Positions 17,387 to 26,081 of a stretch of DNA of 30,289 bases are shown one piece after another. Source of the stretch: a virus (Duplodnaviria > Caudoviricetes); the IMG/VR virus record IMGVR_UViG_3300027844_000115, positions 1 through 30,289 of that record, one strand, 5' to 3'. Both the position numbers and the translations under genes were made by a program. Every line of letters begins with the position of its first letter. Positions within the stretch are counted from its first letter, which is position 1. The notes under the pieces were generated by a model. The model was not told the DNA's origin. It searched no databases and saw nothing but the letters and a program-made list of their open reading frames with translations.

Positions 17387-20300
17387 GTCTTTTCCCAGTA
17401 ATTGAAACACAAGAAGGAGCACTCGCTCGACTTGGTGAGGATGGCTTCATTGCAACAGTTAGAGATTATTTTAGTTACAGACATTCCAAATCAGGATACA
17501 CAAAAAACGAGTGGAGAGAAAAGTCAGACGCAGATGTCATTAAGTCTTTTTATGACAACCGACAAACGTGGAATAACAACACGGCTTTTATTGTTGGCGA
17601 TGCAATAAGTTTATACGGAGAAGAAGATGACCTTCGTAAACAACAATTTGCACATATACAAAAAGTTTATGATTTCTTACCTATGCCGTGGAATGACCCG
17701 AATACTAAATTTTCACAATGGGGTACAAACATTTTAGGGGCTATAATATTTGACCCAGTAAGTTATTTTTCAGCGGGACTTGGTAGCCAAATAGCCAAAA
17801 CAACGATTAAAGAAAGTCTTAAAGTTGCTCTAAAAGATAAAATACGTAAAGAGATAAACAAAGAATTAATTGAAGAGAGTATAGCCGTAAGCACTAAAAA
17901 GTTACTTAATGTGAAATCGACTTTAAAATACGCAGGGGCAGCTGTAGTTCCTGGTGCAGTAGTTAGTGGAGCTTTCGACAGTGTTCTGCAATTAAGAGAC
18001 ATACAGTCAGGCGCACAATCAGAATATGATTTTAGACGTACCGCTATGTCTAGTTTTATAGGTGGCGTTGTGCTGGCACCCTTTAGTGCACTCCTTGGTA
18101 GACAAGGTGTTAAAATGGCTGTTAATGATTTAAGAGAAAAAAGTATAAAAGAATTAACAAACTTTGATTTTTATGCACGTAGTGCAGTTACTGGTGAAAC
18201 AGTTTTTAAAGCTTTGGATGAAAATGTTTTTTCAAGTATTGTAACTCCTAAAAGTTTATGGCACAAAGTGAAGAATTATTTTGAAGAAGATGAAGGATTA
18301 ATCCTTTATGATGACGCTAATGAACCACAGGTTTTTAAGTTGAATAAAAATTTAGACATAAACGCAGAGGGAAAAGTTAAAGGCACTGGCAACAAAATCC
18401 CAGGTGTAACGAATATTATTAAAGTAAAAGAAATTGCCGCTTCAACTGTAAAATTTCCTAAGAATTTAGGCTCTCCCAAGCCGACATATAAAGGGGGACA
18501 GATTGCTTTTAACAACGACTTAGAAAAAGCTATCTACATTGTTGGGAGTAAAACAAAAAAAGCTGCACGTTATGATGAGTTTTTAGATTTTGCTTTAACT
18601 CACAGCGGTAAAACTAAAGAAGAAATTATAGAAATATCACAGCTGATGCGTAAAACTTTAGCAGTCGCCTTTAAAAATGAAGGACATTTACCACTGGTTA
18701 GTAGTAAAGGAGATGTCGCTAAAGCTTGGTATAACGAAGCAAATCTAAAATACAATAAAGAGAGGACTGCAGTTCTCGACGAAACGTTAGGTGGCGCTCA
18801 AAAACCACCAGAAACTCTTCTTAATATAACTAAAGAAATAATGCCTGATAGAGAACAAGCAGCGTTCATTTCACGTTACTCTCAAGGTGTACTAGATGAT
18901 ATTACTCAAAAAGGGCCTTCATTAAAAGAAGTTGCAAACGATATAACTCCTGAAAATTTAGATGAGATACTAGAGCTTGCACGAAGTGTTATTGAAAATC
19001 CAACCAAATTGGCGCAAGCTAATATTGGGGCGACAGCTTTAAGAGACCAATACTGGAATCGTTACAAAGATTTAATTTTAAAGAGCGTCGATGGCCTCCC
19101 AGAAAAAGAAGCAGCAGAATTAAGAAAACTTAAAATTGACGCTATTAAAGAGTACATTCAACTTGCACGTGTTGAACGTCTTATTAAAAAAGAAATATCT
19201 TTAGCTTTAAATGCGTCTAAATTAAAAGCAATGGATTTTAACTTAGATGAACGACAACAACGCACGTTGCAGAAAAAACTCAGTGATTTAATAAAAGAAT
19301 CAGGTAAAACAGACACTAAATTCTTTGACGATTTAATAGGAGGAGAAGCACAACAAGCTAAATTTGATGAGATTATTAGAGATTTAGATGACCCTGAACT
19401 CCTTATAAAATTAATAGACGGCGAAGTAGAATTTGGAACATGGGATAAAATTAACAGTTATTTAACTAACAACATTTTAACTAACACAGCAACACAGATG
19501 ATTACTATAGTAGGTAATGCTACTAACGTAGTGCGTCGTCCTTTGGAAAAATATTTAAAAGTATTACCATTAAGTATGTCAGATACAATAGCTGCTAAGG
19601 AAGCTTGGCGTGAAGCTAATTCTCAATTTGTACACTACATTTACAACGCGGGTTTTGCACTTAAACGTGCATATAAATCTATAAAACATTACAGGCCTAT
19701 ACTAGACCAAAAGATAATGAAATTTGGTGATGTGCAATTACAAAATCAATACAACGACTTTCTTAAAAGTTTCAGTCCTGAATCATTAAAAGCAGGTCAA
19801 AAATATTTAGATTTTATATTTAAAGGTGAAGGACGTACAGCAGCTTCAGTAGCGCGTGGAGCAGGGCGTGTAGCATCCGACTTAACACGTTGGACACATA
19901 CAGCAGGCACTCGTATTATGGGTGGTATAGATGAATTCTTTAAAAATGATATGTACCGCGCAAATGCGATGATGGCTATACAGACTATAATTGAGAGGGA
20001 GCACCCAGAGTTAGCAAGTAGAACTGCTATAGGAGCGGCTCGTCAACTTTATAAAAATAAGCAATACAAAGAATTAGCTGAAGAATATTTAAAAAGATTT
20101 TATAACCAAGATGGTTCAGCAAGACCTTGGGATGATATTTTAAATGATGATTTAATTGGACATCTGTTTAGAAAACGTCAAACAGGGCAGTCTATGCAGC
20201 CTTTGGAAAACGCCCGTATAATGTCTAACCAAGACAGAGGTATTGTAACTTCTGTTGATAAAAATAAAGATGGACGTTGGGTGGCAGAAGAGGTAGACAC

Positions 20301-21711
20301 ATCTTTTACTCAATGGGCTGTTGAGTTCTCGTCAAAAAATAAATGGACTAAACCGTTAGGACTTTTGTATATCAATACTCCTGGTTCCTTAATGCGTGCA
20401 GAGTTGCAACGTTTCCCTGTGCTTGGAGCTTTTCAAACACACATGAAACAGATGCTTAGAAAAGGCCCTGACGGTAAATATTTATATCCTGAAGAAGCAG
20501 CTGAAGCGATAGCACGTCAAAGCATGGGCCTTATGATGTGGTCGACAGCGATATGGATGGCTATATATCGTCCTGGTGTAATAACAGGCGCAGGCATAGA
20601 GGAAGGAAGGCACCCTAGTAAACAAAGAAAGACAGCAACAGGTGTAGAACCGTATTCTTTTAAAGGAGTAAATGTAAACAAATTGGACATACTGACACCC
20701 TTCTTTGCTGCTGCAGACCTGGTAGATTCTTACAACGCGTCACAAACTTATCACAGTGATGAGAGTCCAAAATTAACACAAAGTTGGTTTGAGTTTTCAA
20801 CTGGAATGATATTTTCCCTAGTTAAAAATGCAGGGAGTAAAGCTTTTATGAGAAACTTTGTCGATATTGCTAGCACAATAATTCTTGGAGATTTTTCAGA
20901 TGCAAAAACAACAGGCAGAATGTCTTATGCTGTCTCTTCTATTACTAAAAGTTTTGTTCCTTTCAGTGGTATCCTTCAACAAATAGATGCTGGCACTGAT
21001 AGTATAGAAAGAGAAATGTACAGTTTTTGGGATAAATTGACTAGCGTTAATCCTTTTGATGAACAGAGTAAAATTTCCCCTTTAAGAAGTTGGACTGGAG
21101 AGATAGTTGAAAGAAAACAAAGTATGCTTTTAGGGCCCGCTACTGACAGAATGTACCCATTTTCATTTCGTAAAGAAAATAAAATTGTAAATCAGTTTTT
21201 TAAAGAACGTCGTTTTGAATACCAACCCCCCTCACAATGGACAAAGAGTGGTCATGATTTAAAAGAATTAAGAATTGAGGGAGTAACAATGTCAACTCTG
21301 CGTGCTGATGAAGATGGTAAAACAGTAGATGTTAAAGTTACGAACCAAACTTTATATGATAAGTGGATGGAATTAAAAAGCAATGTAACATTTCCTATTA
21401 GAACTAAAACAGGAGCAACAAAGAAAGTACGTCTTCAAGATTATTTAGAACATTTAATAAGCAATCCAGACAGTGCTCTTTACGAGTTCTCTGCTGGTGT
21501 CAGACCTACAACTATGTCTGGTAACGTGAGCATGCAGGACTCTCAACAAAATTTCCTTATTGGACTAATCAGGCAAGCTGAACAAATTGCATATAGTCTG
21601 TTACGAAAAGAATATGGAAACGTAGTATTAATGGGCCAAGATGGTAAAACATTACTGCAGTTAGAGAAAGAAACAATAATAAATATAGCAAATTTAATGA
21701 TGGGAGAATAA
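17383..21711 (+). CDS. Internal virion (ejection) protein D, gp16-like
   Basis: 1442 aa, largest ORF, immediately before the tail fibre, with Gly/Ala-rich hydrophobic segments and RIMGGIDEFFK. Confidence 0.75.
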   Translation: MSLFPVIETQEGALARLGEDGFIATVRDYFSYRHSKSGYTKNEWREKSDADVIKSFYDNRQTWNNNTAFIVGDAISLYGEEDDLRKQQFAHIQKVYDFLPMPWNDPNTKFSQWGTNILGAIIFDPVSYFSAGLGSQIAKTTIKESLKVALKDKIRKEINKELIEESIAVSTKKLLNVKSTLKYAGAAVVPGAVVSGAFDSVLQLRDIQSGAQSEYDFRRTAMSSFIGGVVLAPFSALLGRQGVKMAVNDLREKSIKELTNFDFYARSAVTGETVFKALDENVFSSIVTPKSLWHKVKNYFEEDEGLILYDDANEPQVFKLNKNLDINAEGKVKGTGNKIPGVTNIIKVKEIAASTVKFPKNLGSPKPTYKGGQIAFNNDLEKAIYIVGSKTKKAARYDEFLDFALTHSGKTKEEIIEISQLMRKTLAVAFKNEGHLPLVSSKGDVAKAWYNEANLKYNKERTAVLDETLGGAQKPPETLLNITKEIMPDREQAAFISRYSQGVLDDITQKGPSLKEVANDITPENLDEILELARSVIENPTKLAQANIGATALRDQYWNRYKDLILKSVDGLPEKEAAELRKLKIDAIKEYIQLARVERLIKKEISLALNASKLKAMDFNLDERQQRTLQKKLSDLIKESGKTDTKFFDDLIGGEAQQAKFDEIIRDLDDPELLIKLIDGEVEFGTWDKINSYLTNNILTNTATQMITIVGNATNVVRRPLEKYLKVLPLSMSDTIAAKEAWREANSQFVHYIYNAGFALKRAYKSIKHYRPILDQKIMKFGDVQLQNQYNDFLKSFSPESLKAGQKYLDFIFKGEGRTAASVARGAGRVASDLTRWTHTAGTRIMGGIDEFFKNDMYRANAMMAIQTIIEREHPELASRTAIGAARQLYKNKQYKELAEEYLKRFYNQDGSARPWDDILNDDLIGHLFRKRQTGQSMQPLENARIMSNQDRGIVTSVDKNKDGRWVAEEVDTSFTQWAVEFSSKNKWTKPLGLLYINTPGSLMRAELQRFPVLGAFQTHMKQMLRKGPDGKYLYPEEAAEAIARQSMGLMMWSTAIWMAIYRPGVITGAGIEEGRHPSKQRKTATGVEPYSFKGVNVNKLDILTPFFAAADLVDSYNASQTYHSDESPKLTQSWFEFSTGMIFSLVKNAGSKAFMRNFVDIASTIILGDFSDAKTTGRMSYAVSSITKSFVPFSGILQQIDAGTDSIEREMYSFWDKLTSVNPFDEQSKISPLRSWTGEIVERKQSMLLGPATDRMYPFSFRKENKIVNQFFKERRFEYQPPSQWTKSGHDLKELRIEGVTMSTLRADEDGKTVDVKVTNQTLYDKWMELKSNVTFPIRTKTGATKKVRLQDYLEHLISNPDSALYEFSAGVRPTTMSGNVSMQDSQQNFLIGLIRQAEQIAYSLLRKEYGNVVLMGQDGKTLLQLEKETIINIANLMMGE

Positions 21712-21715
21712 GGGA

Positions 21716-21740
21716 CACTAAGGTACCCTTCTTAGAAGAT
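21716..21740 (+). promoter_or_regulatory. Putative phage RNA polymerase late promoter (phi17 position)
   Basis: CACTAAGGTACCCTTCTTAGAAGAT, 24/25 identical to 7054-7078. Intergenic before the tail fibre. Confidence 0.8.
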
Positions 21741-21741
21741 T

Positions 21742-24549
21742 ATGGCAAATTCATTTGTAAGATACACAGGTAACAACAGTACGACGGCATACGCAATCCC
21801 GTTTTCCTATCGTGCCCAAAGTGATATAACAGTCACACTTGGGGGAGTAGCAAATACAGCTTTCTCCTACAACGGAGCAGGAACACAGATTACCTTCGAT
21901 ACTGCACCAGGTACAGACGTTGCAATACAAATAACACGTACTACTAGCCAGGCAAGTCAATTGGTTAATTATAGCTCTGGTTCAGTATTAACAGAGACAG
22001 ACTTAGATACAGACAGTCAACAAGCTTTCTTCATGTCACAAGAAGCTATTGATGACGCCAATGATGTTATAATCTTAGACCCTGCGGACTTCCAATGGAA
22101 CGCAAACAGTAAACGAATTAAAAGTGTAGCTAACCCAACAGCTGCTCAAGACGCAGTAACAAAGAATTATTTAGAGAGCACTTGGTTATCCACCAGTGAC
22201 AAAGCAAACATTACTACATTAGCTGGGATATCTGCCAACATAACTACAGTAGCTGGAATATCGGCCAACGTAACTTCTGTTGCAGGTAATGCTAGTAATA
22301 TTAACACAGTAGCAGGCGTGTCCGCTAACGTAACTACAGTAGCGGGGATATCTGCCAACGTAACTACAGTAGCTGGGATAGCTGCTAATGTTACAGCAGT
22401 AGCCGCAGACGCAACCGACATAGGAGCCGTAGCAGGTAAAGCAACAGAAATTGGATTATTAGGAACAGCAGCAACTGTAGCCGACATGGCATTATTAGGA
22501 ACATCAGCCGTAGTTGCAGATATGGCATTATTAGCTACAACAGACGCTATCGCTGATATGGCATTGTTAGCTACTTCAGATATAATTTCTGATTTAAACA
22601 CTCTAGCCACATCTGATATTGTCTCAGATTTGAATACGTTAGCTACTTCTGACATCGTTACAGACATCAACTTGTTAGCTACATCAGACATAGTTACAGA
22701 TTTAAATATATTGGCCACGTCAGACATAGTTGCTGATTTAGCTATACTGGCCACATCAGACATTGTTACTGACATTAACCTATTAGCTACTTCTGACATA
22801 GTTACTGACTTAAACACTTTAGCTACTTCTGACATAGTTACTGACTTAAACACTTTAGCTACTTCTGACATAGTTACTGACATTAACCTGTTAGCAACTT
22901 CTGCTATTGTTACTGATTTAAATATCCTAGCAACTTCAGATATAGTGGCTGACCTAGCCATACTCGCAACTTCAGATATAGTCACAGACATAAATCTATT
23001 GGCTACATCGGACATTATTACAGACTTAAACCTTCTAGCAACTTCAGATTTTGTTGCTGATTTAAACACCCTAGGCACCGCAGATGCTGTTTCTGACATG
23101 AACGCACTAGCTGCAATCGTGAGCAATATTAACAGTGTGGCAGGTGTGGCCTCTAATGTAACTACTGTTGCTGGAGTAGCAGCTAATGTTACAGCAGTCG
23201 CTGGGATAGCTGCTAATGTAACTACTGTTGCAGGCAACGTCGCCGGAGTTACTAGCTTTGCAGAAAGGTATAGAGTAGCTGGCTCAGACCCTGGTGATTC
23301 TTTAAATGAAGGTGATTTAGTATTTAATACAACTGATAACAATTTAAAATATTACAATGGTAGCGCATGGGCTTCTGTTACTGCTGGAATAGGCAACCTA
23401 GTAGAAGACACAACACCACAATTAGGTGGTGACTTAGACATGAATTCTAACAGTATAGATTTTCCTAGTACAGCAAATATATCTGATGTTAAAGATGAAG
23501 ATAATATGGCTAGTGACTCTGCTACTATGTTAGCTACGCAACAGTCTATTAAAGCATATGTAGATACTACAACTGCCGCAGTGGCTGTGCCCACCAATAG
23601 AAATTTAATTATTAATGGTGCAATGGAAGTTTCACAAAAAGGTGGTGGGAGTCATACAACTGCTGCTGCAACATATTGGGTAGATAGATTTTATACATAT
23701 ACTGCTGCTGCTGGTAGGACAATATCACAAACCACAGATGCACCAGATGGATTTAAACATAGCATAAAATTACAAAGAGATAGTGGTACTACACCAGTAG
23801 ACCCACAATATTTCTCACAACCTGCTGAAAGTGCTAGTTGTGTAGGATTTGCAGGAGAAACAATAACTTTAAGTTTTTGGGCAAGGGCAGGAGCGAATTT
23901 TTCTCCAGCAAGTAATTATATTAATGTAGGTGTACATACTGGAACTGGTACTGACCAATCTATGATGGCAGGTTTAACTGGTTCTGCTGTTGTAATTGGA
24001 ACTACTAACCAAGCAATTACTACTGACTGGGCAAGATATTCATTTACAAGTGGAAGTGCAGTGCCTACAACTTCAAATCAATTAGTCTTTCAAATTATAA
24101 CTACTCCAGTTGGAACTGCTGGAGCAAATGACTGGTATGAAATTACTGGTGTACAACTAGAAATAGGAAGTGCAGCTACTGATTTTGTCCATGAAGAATA
24201 TGGTACAACTCTGGCAAAGTGTCAAAGATTCTTTTTGAATTATGTTCAAGGACACAACAAAAATATTGGAACTAGTGGATTTTACAACACAACAACTGTA
24301 TCTACTAACGTAACCCCACCAGTTACATTTAGAGAAGCTCCAACTATGGCTTTTGGTTCTGGAAGTGATTGGTATCTAGCTGAAAGGAATGGTACGTCTG
24401 TTACAGGTAACTTGACTACTACGAGTGTTCCTCAAGAAAACTCTGTAGGATTTTATGGCAATAGCTTCGGTACTAGTACAAGTGGGCATACTTGTTGGCT
24501 AAGAACAAATAATGCAGGAGCATACATCTGGTTTGATGCAGAGATATAG
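21742..24549 (+). CDS. gp17: Tail fibre protein
   Basis: T7-type N-terminal anchor (YAIPFSY, ITRTT, GSVLTETDLD...Q.FFMSQE), AQDAVTKNY, repeat shaft, C-terminal RNLIING...ITGVQLEIGS...CQRF module. Confidence 0.92.
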   Translation: MANSFVRYTGNNSTTAYAIPFSYRAQSDITVTLGGVANTAFSYNGAGTQITFDTAPGTDVAIQITRTTSQASQLVNYSSGSVLTETDLDTDSQQAFFMSQEAIDDANDVIILDPADFQWNANSKRIKSVANPTAAQDAVTKNYLESTWLSTSDKANITTLAGISANITTVAGISANVTSVAGNASNINTVAGVSANVTTVAGISANVTTVAGIAANVTAVAADATDIGAVAGKATEIGLLGTAATVADMALLGTSAVVADMALLATTDAIADMALLATSDIISDLNTLATSDIVSDLNTLATSDIVTDINLLATSDIVTDLNILATSDIVADLAILATSDIVTDINLLATSDIVTDLNTLATSDIVTDLNTLATSDIVTDINLLATSAIVTDLNILATSDIVADLAILATSDIVTDINLLATSDIITDLNLLATSDFVADLNTLGTADAVSDMNALAAIVSNINSVAGVASNVTTVAGVAANVTAVAGIAANVTTVAGNVAGVTSFAERYRVAGSDPGDSLNEGDLVFNTTDNNLKYYNGSAWASVTAGIGNLVEDTTPQLGGDLDMNSNSIDFPSTANISDVKDEDNMASDSATMLATQQSIKAYVDTTTAAVAVPTNRNLIINGAMEVSQKGGGSHTTAAATYWVDRFYTYTAAAGRTISQTTDAPDGFKHSIKLQRDSGTTPVDPQYFSQPAESASCVGFAGETITLSFWARAGANFSPASNYINVGVHTGTGTDQSMMAGLTGSAVVIGTTNQAITTDWARYSFTSGSAVPTTSNQLVFQIITTPVGTAGANDWYEITGVQLEIGSAATDFVHEEYGTTLAKCQRFFLNYVQGHNKNIGTSGFYNTTTVSTNVTPPVTFREAPTMAFGSGSDWYLAERNGTSVTGNLTTTSVPQENSVGFYGNSFGTSTSGHTCWLRTNNAGAYIWFDAEI
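22204..22443 (+). repeat. 30-bp (10-aa) coding tandem repeat, ~8 units, consensus ANVTTVAGIS
   Basis: Read directly from the translation. The last units are degenerate. Confidence 0.85.
22459..23106 (+). repeat. 36-bp (12-aa) coding tandem repeat, 18 units, consensus LATSDIVTDLNT
   Basis: Read from the translation. 22783-22881 holds 2.75 nucleotide-perfect copies of TTAGCTACTTCTGACATAGTTACTGACTTAAACACT. Confidence 0.92.
23122..23241 (+). repeat. Second block of 10-aa repeats, 4 units
   Basis: SNINSVAGVA SNVTTVAGVA ANVTAVAGIA ANVTTVAGNV. Confidence 0.85.
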
Positions 24550-24558
24550 GAGATTATA

Positions 24559-24753
24559 ATGTTTGAAGATTGTACAATAAAATATGGAACAGATTTAGGT
24601 GGAGTAAGAAATGGAATTATAATAACATACCCAGAAAACGCAAGTGGTGGACAGGATGTTATAGCTTGTCCTATTGATACCCCTAACAATAGATATTATA
24701 AAATGGTTATGCAATGGGTAGACGCAGGTAATACTATTGCTGAGGCAGATTAA
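24559..24753 (+). CDS. Small tail-fibre-associated protein (possible assembly chaperone)
   Basis: AGGAG SD. CPID..N.YY....QWVDAGNTIAEAD pattern typical of small genes following this fibre tip type. Confidence 0.65.
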   Translation: MFEDCTIKYGTDLGGVRNGIIITYPENASGGQDVIACPIDTPNNRYYKMVMQWVDAGNTIAEAD

Positions 24754-24962
24754 TGATGCTGAATGTTCATGAATTAAATGTCGAATTAGCTAAGATTAAA
24801 GGCGACATTAAAATGATTAATGCTCATATCGAAATTATTAAAACTAATCACCTAAAACACATAGAGCAAGATTTAAATAGTTTAAAAAAAGTTATGTGGG
24901 GTGTAGGATTTTTAATGCTAACGCAAATGATTATAGTTATCAGGGAGTTTATATTAAAATGA
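24753..24962 (+). CDS. Small membrane protein, XhlA/haemolysin-like architecture
   Basis: Coiled coil with NHLKH, then one C-terminal TM helix (VMWGVGFLMLTQMIIVI). TAATG coupling. Confidence 0.55.
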   Translation: MMLNVHELNVELAKIKGDIKMINAHIEIIKTNHLKHIEQDLNSLKKVMWGVGFLMLTQMIIVIREFILK

Positions 24963-25030
24963 ACAAAGAAATATGTGACTGCGAAGAAACAAAAGACCAA
25001 TGTGATTGTGAAGGCAAAGGAAACAACTAA
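24959..25030 (+). CDS. 23-aa Cys-rich microprotein MNKEICDCEETKDQCDCEGKGNN
   Basis: ATGA overlap upstream, TAATG overlap downstream, AGGGAG upstream. Exactly fills the gap. Below the ORF track cutoff. Confidence 0.65.
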   Translation: MNKEICDCEETKDQCDCEGKGNN

Positions 25031-25413
25031 TGTTTGGTCTTGGTTTAGTATTTAGTGCTGTCAAAACTATTGGCAGTGTCATGCAACAGCGGCAAGAAAC
25101 TAAAAGATATAATGCCATGGCAGAAAGAAACCATGCGTATCGTATGTCACAAGGTGAAATAGAATATCAAGCACAAGTAAGAACTGATAATGCTCAAGGA
25201 TGGAAAGACGAGTTTGTTTTAATTGTAGTATCTCTTCCTTTATTAGTGTTAGGATATTCTGTATTCTTTGGGGATGCAGATACAAAAGCTAAACTAGATA
25301 TGTTCTTTGCATACTTTAATGCTTTACCACAATGGTATCAATGGTTACTTATAGGTATCTTTGGTGCAATCTACGGCCTTAAACCAGCAGCAGGGATGTT
25401 TGGAAAGAAGTGA
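25030..25413 (+). CDS. Putative holin (3-TM type)
   Basis: N-terminal hydrophobic helix, charged linker, WKDEF followed by two TM segments, basic C-terminus GKK. Confidence 0.6.
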   Translation: MFGLGLVFSAVKTIGSVMQQRQETKRYNAMAERNHAYRMSQGEIEYQAQVRTDNAQGWKDEFVLIVVSLPLLVLGYSVFFGDADTKAKLDMFFAYFNALPQWYQWLLIGIFGAIYGLKPAAGMFGKK

Positions 25414-26081
25414 AATACCTCCCCGAAACTATAATAACAGCAATGTTCTTGTTGTTGTTAGGAATGGCAACTATGGTATTTGCAACAGACAACTCTACAT
25501 CTAATCAAACTAATGCTTCTGGTAGTAACACTTCTATAAGTGGTGGGTATACTAGTACAACTACAAACAACAATGACGGTCAAACTAACACTAGCACAAC
25601 TACAAATGCAACAACTAATTCGACTGCAAACAACACTCAACAAAAGAGAATCCCAGTTAACACAGCTGCCGCACCAAGCATGAGTTCTTATTCACAAGAT
25701 TTATGTATTGTAGGTGCCAGCGGTAGTGTACAGGCCACTGGTTTTGGTGTTGCCGCAGGCACATTTCGTACAGATGAAAATTGTGAACGTATGAAACTTA
25801 GTAAGTTGCTCTATGATTTTAACATGAGAGTTGCAGCAATTGCGATTCTATGCCAAGATGATAGAATTTTTAGTGCCATGAACCACGCAGGAACACCCTG
25901 TCCATTTGAAGGACAGATTGGTAAGGCTGCAAAAGACCAGTGGAAAAAGTATGATGTTGAAAGACCTGATTACCATGAGTACACAAAGAATTTAAAAAGA
26001 AGAGCCACCATTGATGCAAGACTGGAAAGAGTATTGGAAAAACGTGTTGATACTGCATTTGGTTTGTATGGCGATGAATAG
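25410..26081 (+). CDS. Exported protein of unknown function with Thr/Asn-rich linker and 4-Cys domain
   Basis: Signal peptide ending VFA, low-complexity T/N/S tract, domain DLC...DENCERMKLSK...LCQD...AGTPCP. GTG start overlapping the holin stop. Confidence 0.75.
   Translation: MKYLPETIITAMFLLLLGMATMVFATDNSTSNQTNASGSNTSISGGYTSTTTNNNDGQTNTSTTTNATTNSTANNTQQKRIPVNTAAAPSMSSYSQDLCIVGASGSVQATGFGVAAGTFRTDENCERMKLSKLLYDFNMRVAAIAILCQDDRIFSAMNHAGTPCPFEGQIGKAAKDQWKKYDVERPDYHEYTKNLKRRATIDARLERVLEKRVDTAFGLYGDE

Noticed and set aside
22459-23106. 36-bp periodic repeats resembling a CRISPR array
   Set aside because: Contiguous in-frame coding repeats with no unique spacers and no cas genes.
22167-23342. 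391-aa minus-strand ORF
   Set aside because: Antisense shadow of the tail fibre repeats. No SD or independent motif, and the genome is unidirectional.
21742-24753. Diversity-generating retroelement acting on the tail fibre
   Set aside because: No reverse transcriptase and no template/variable repeat pair visible in the window.
26011-26067. Upstream start for the 509-aa ORF
   Set aside because: Would overlap the previous gene by ~70 nt and bury the signal-like segment. ATG 26068/26074 fits better.
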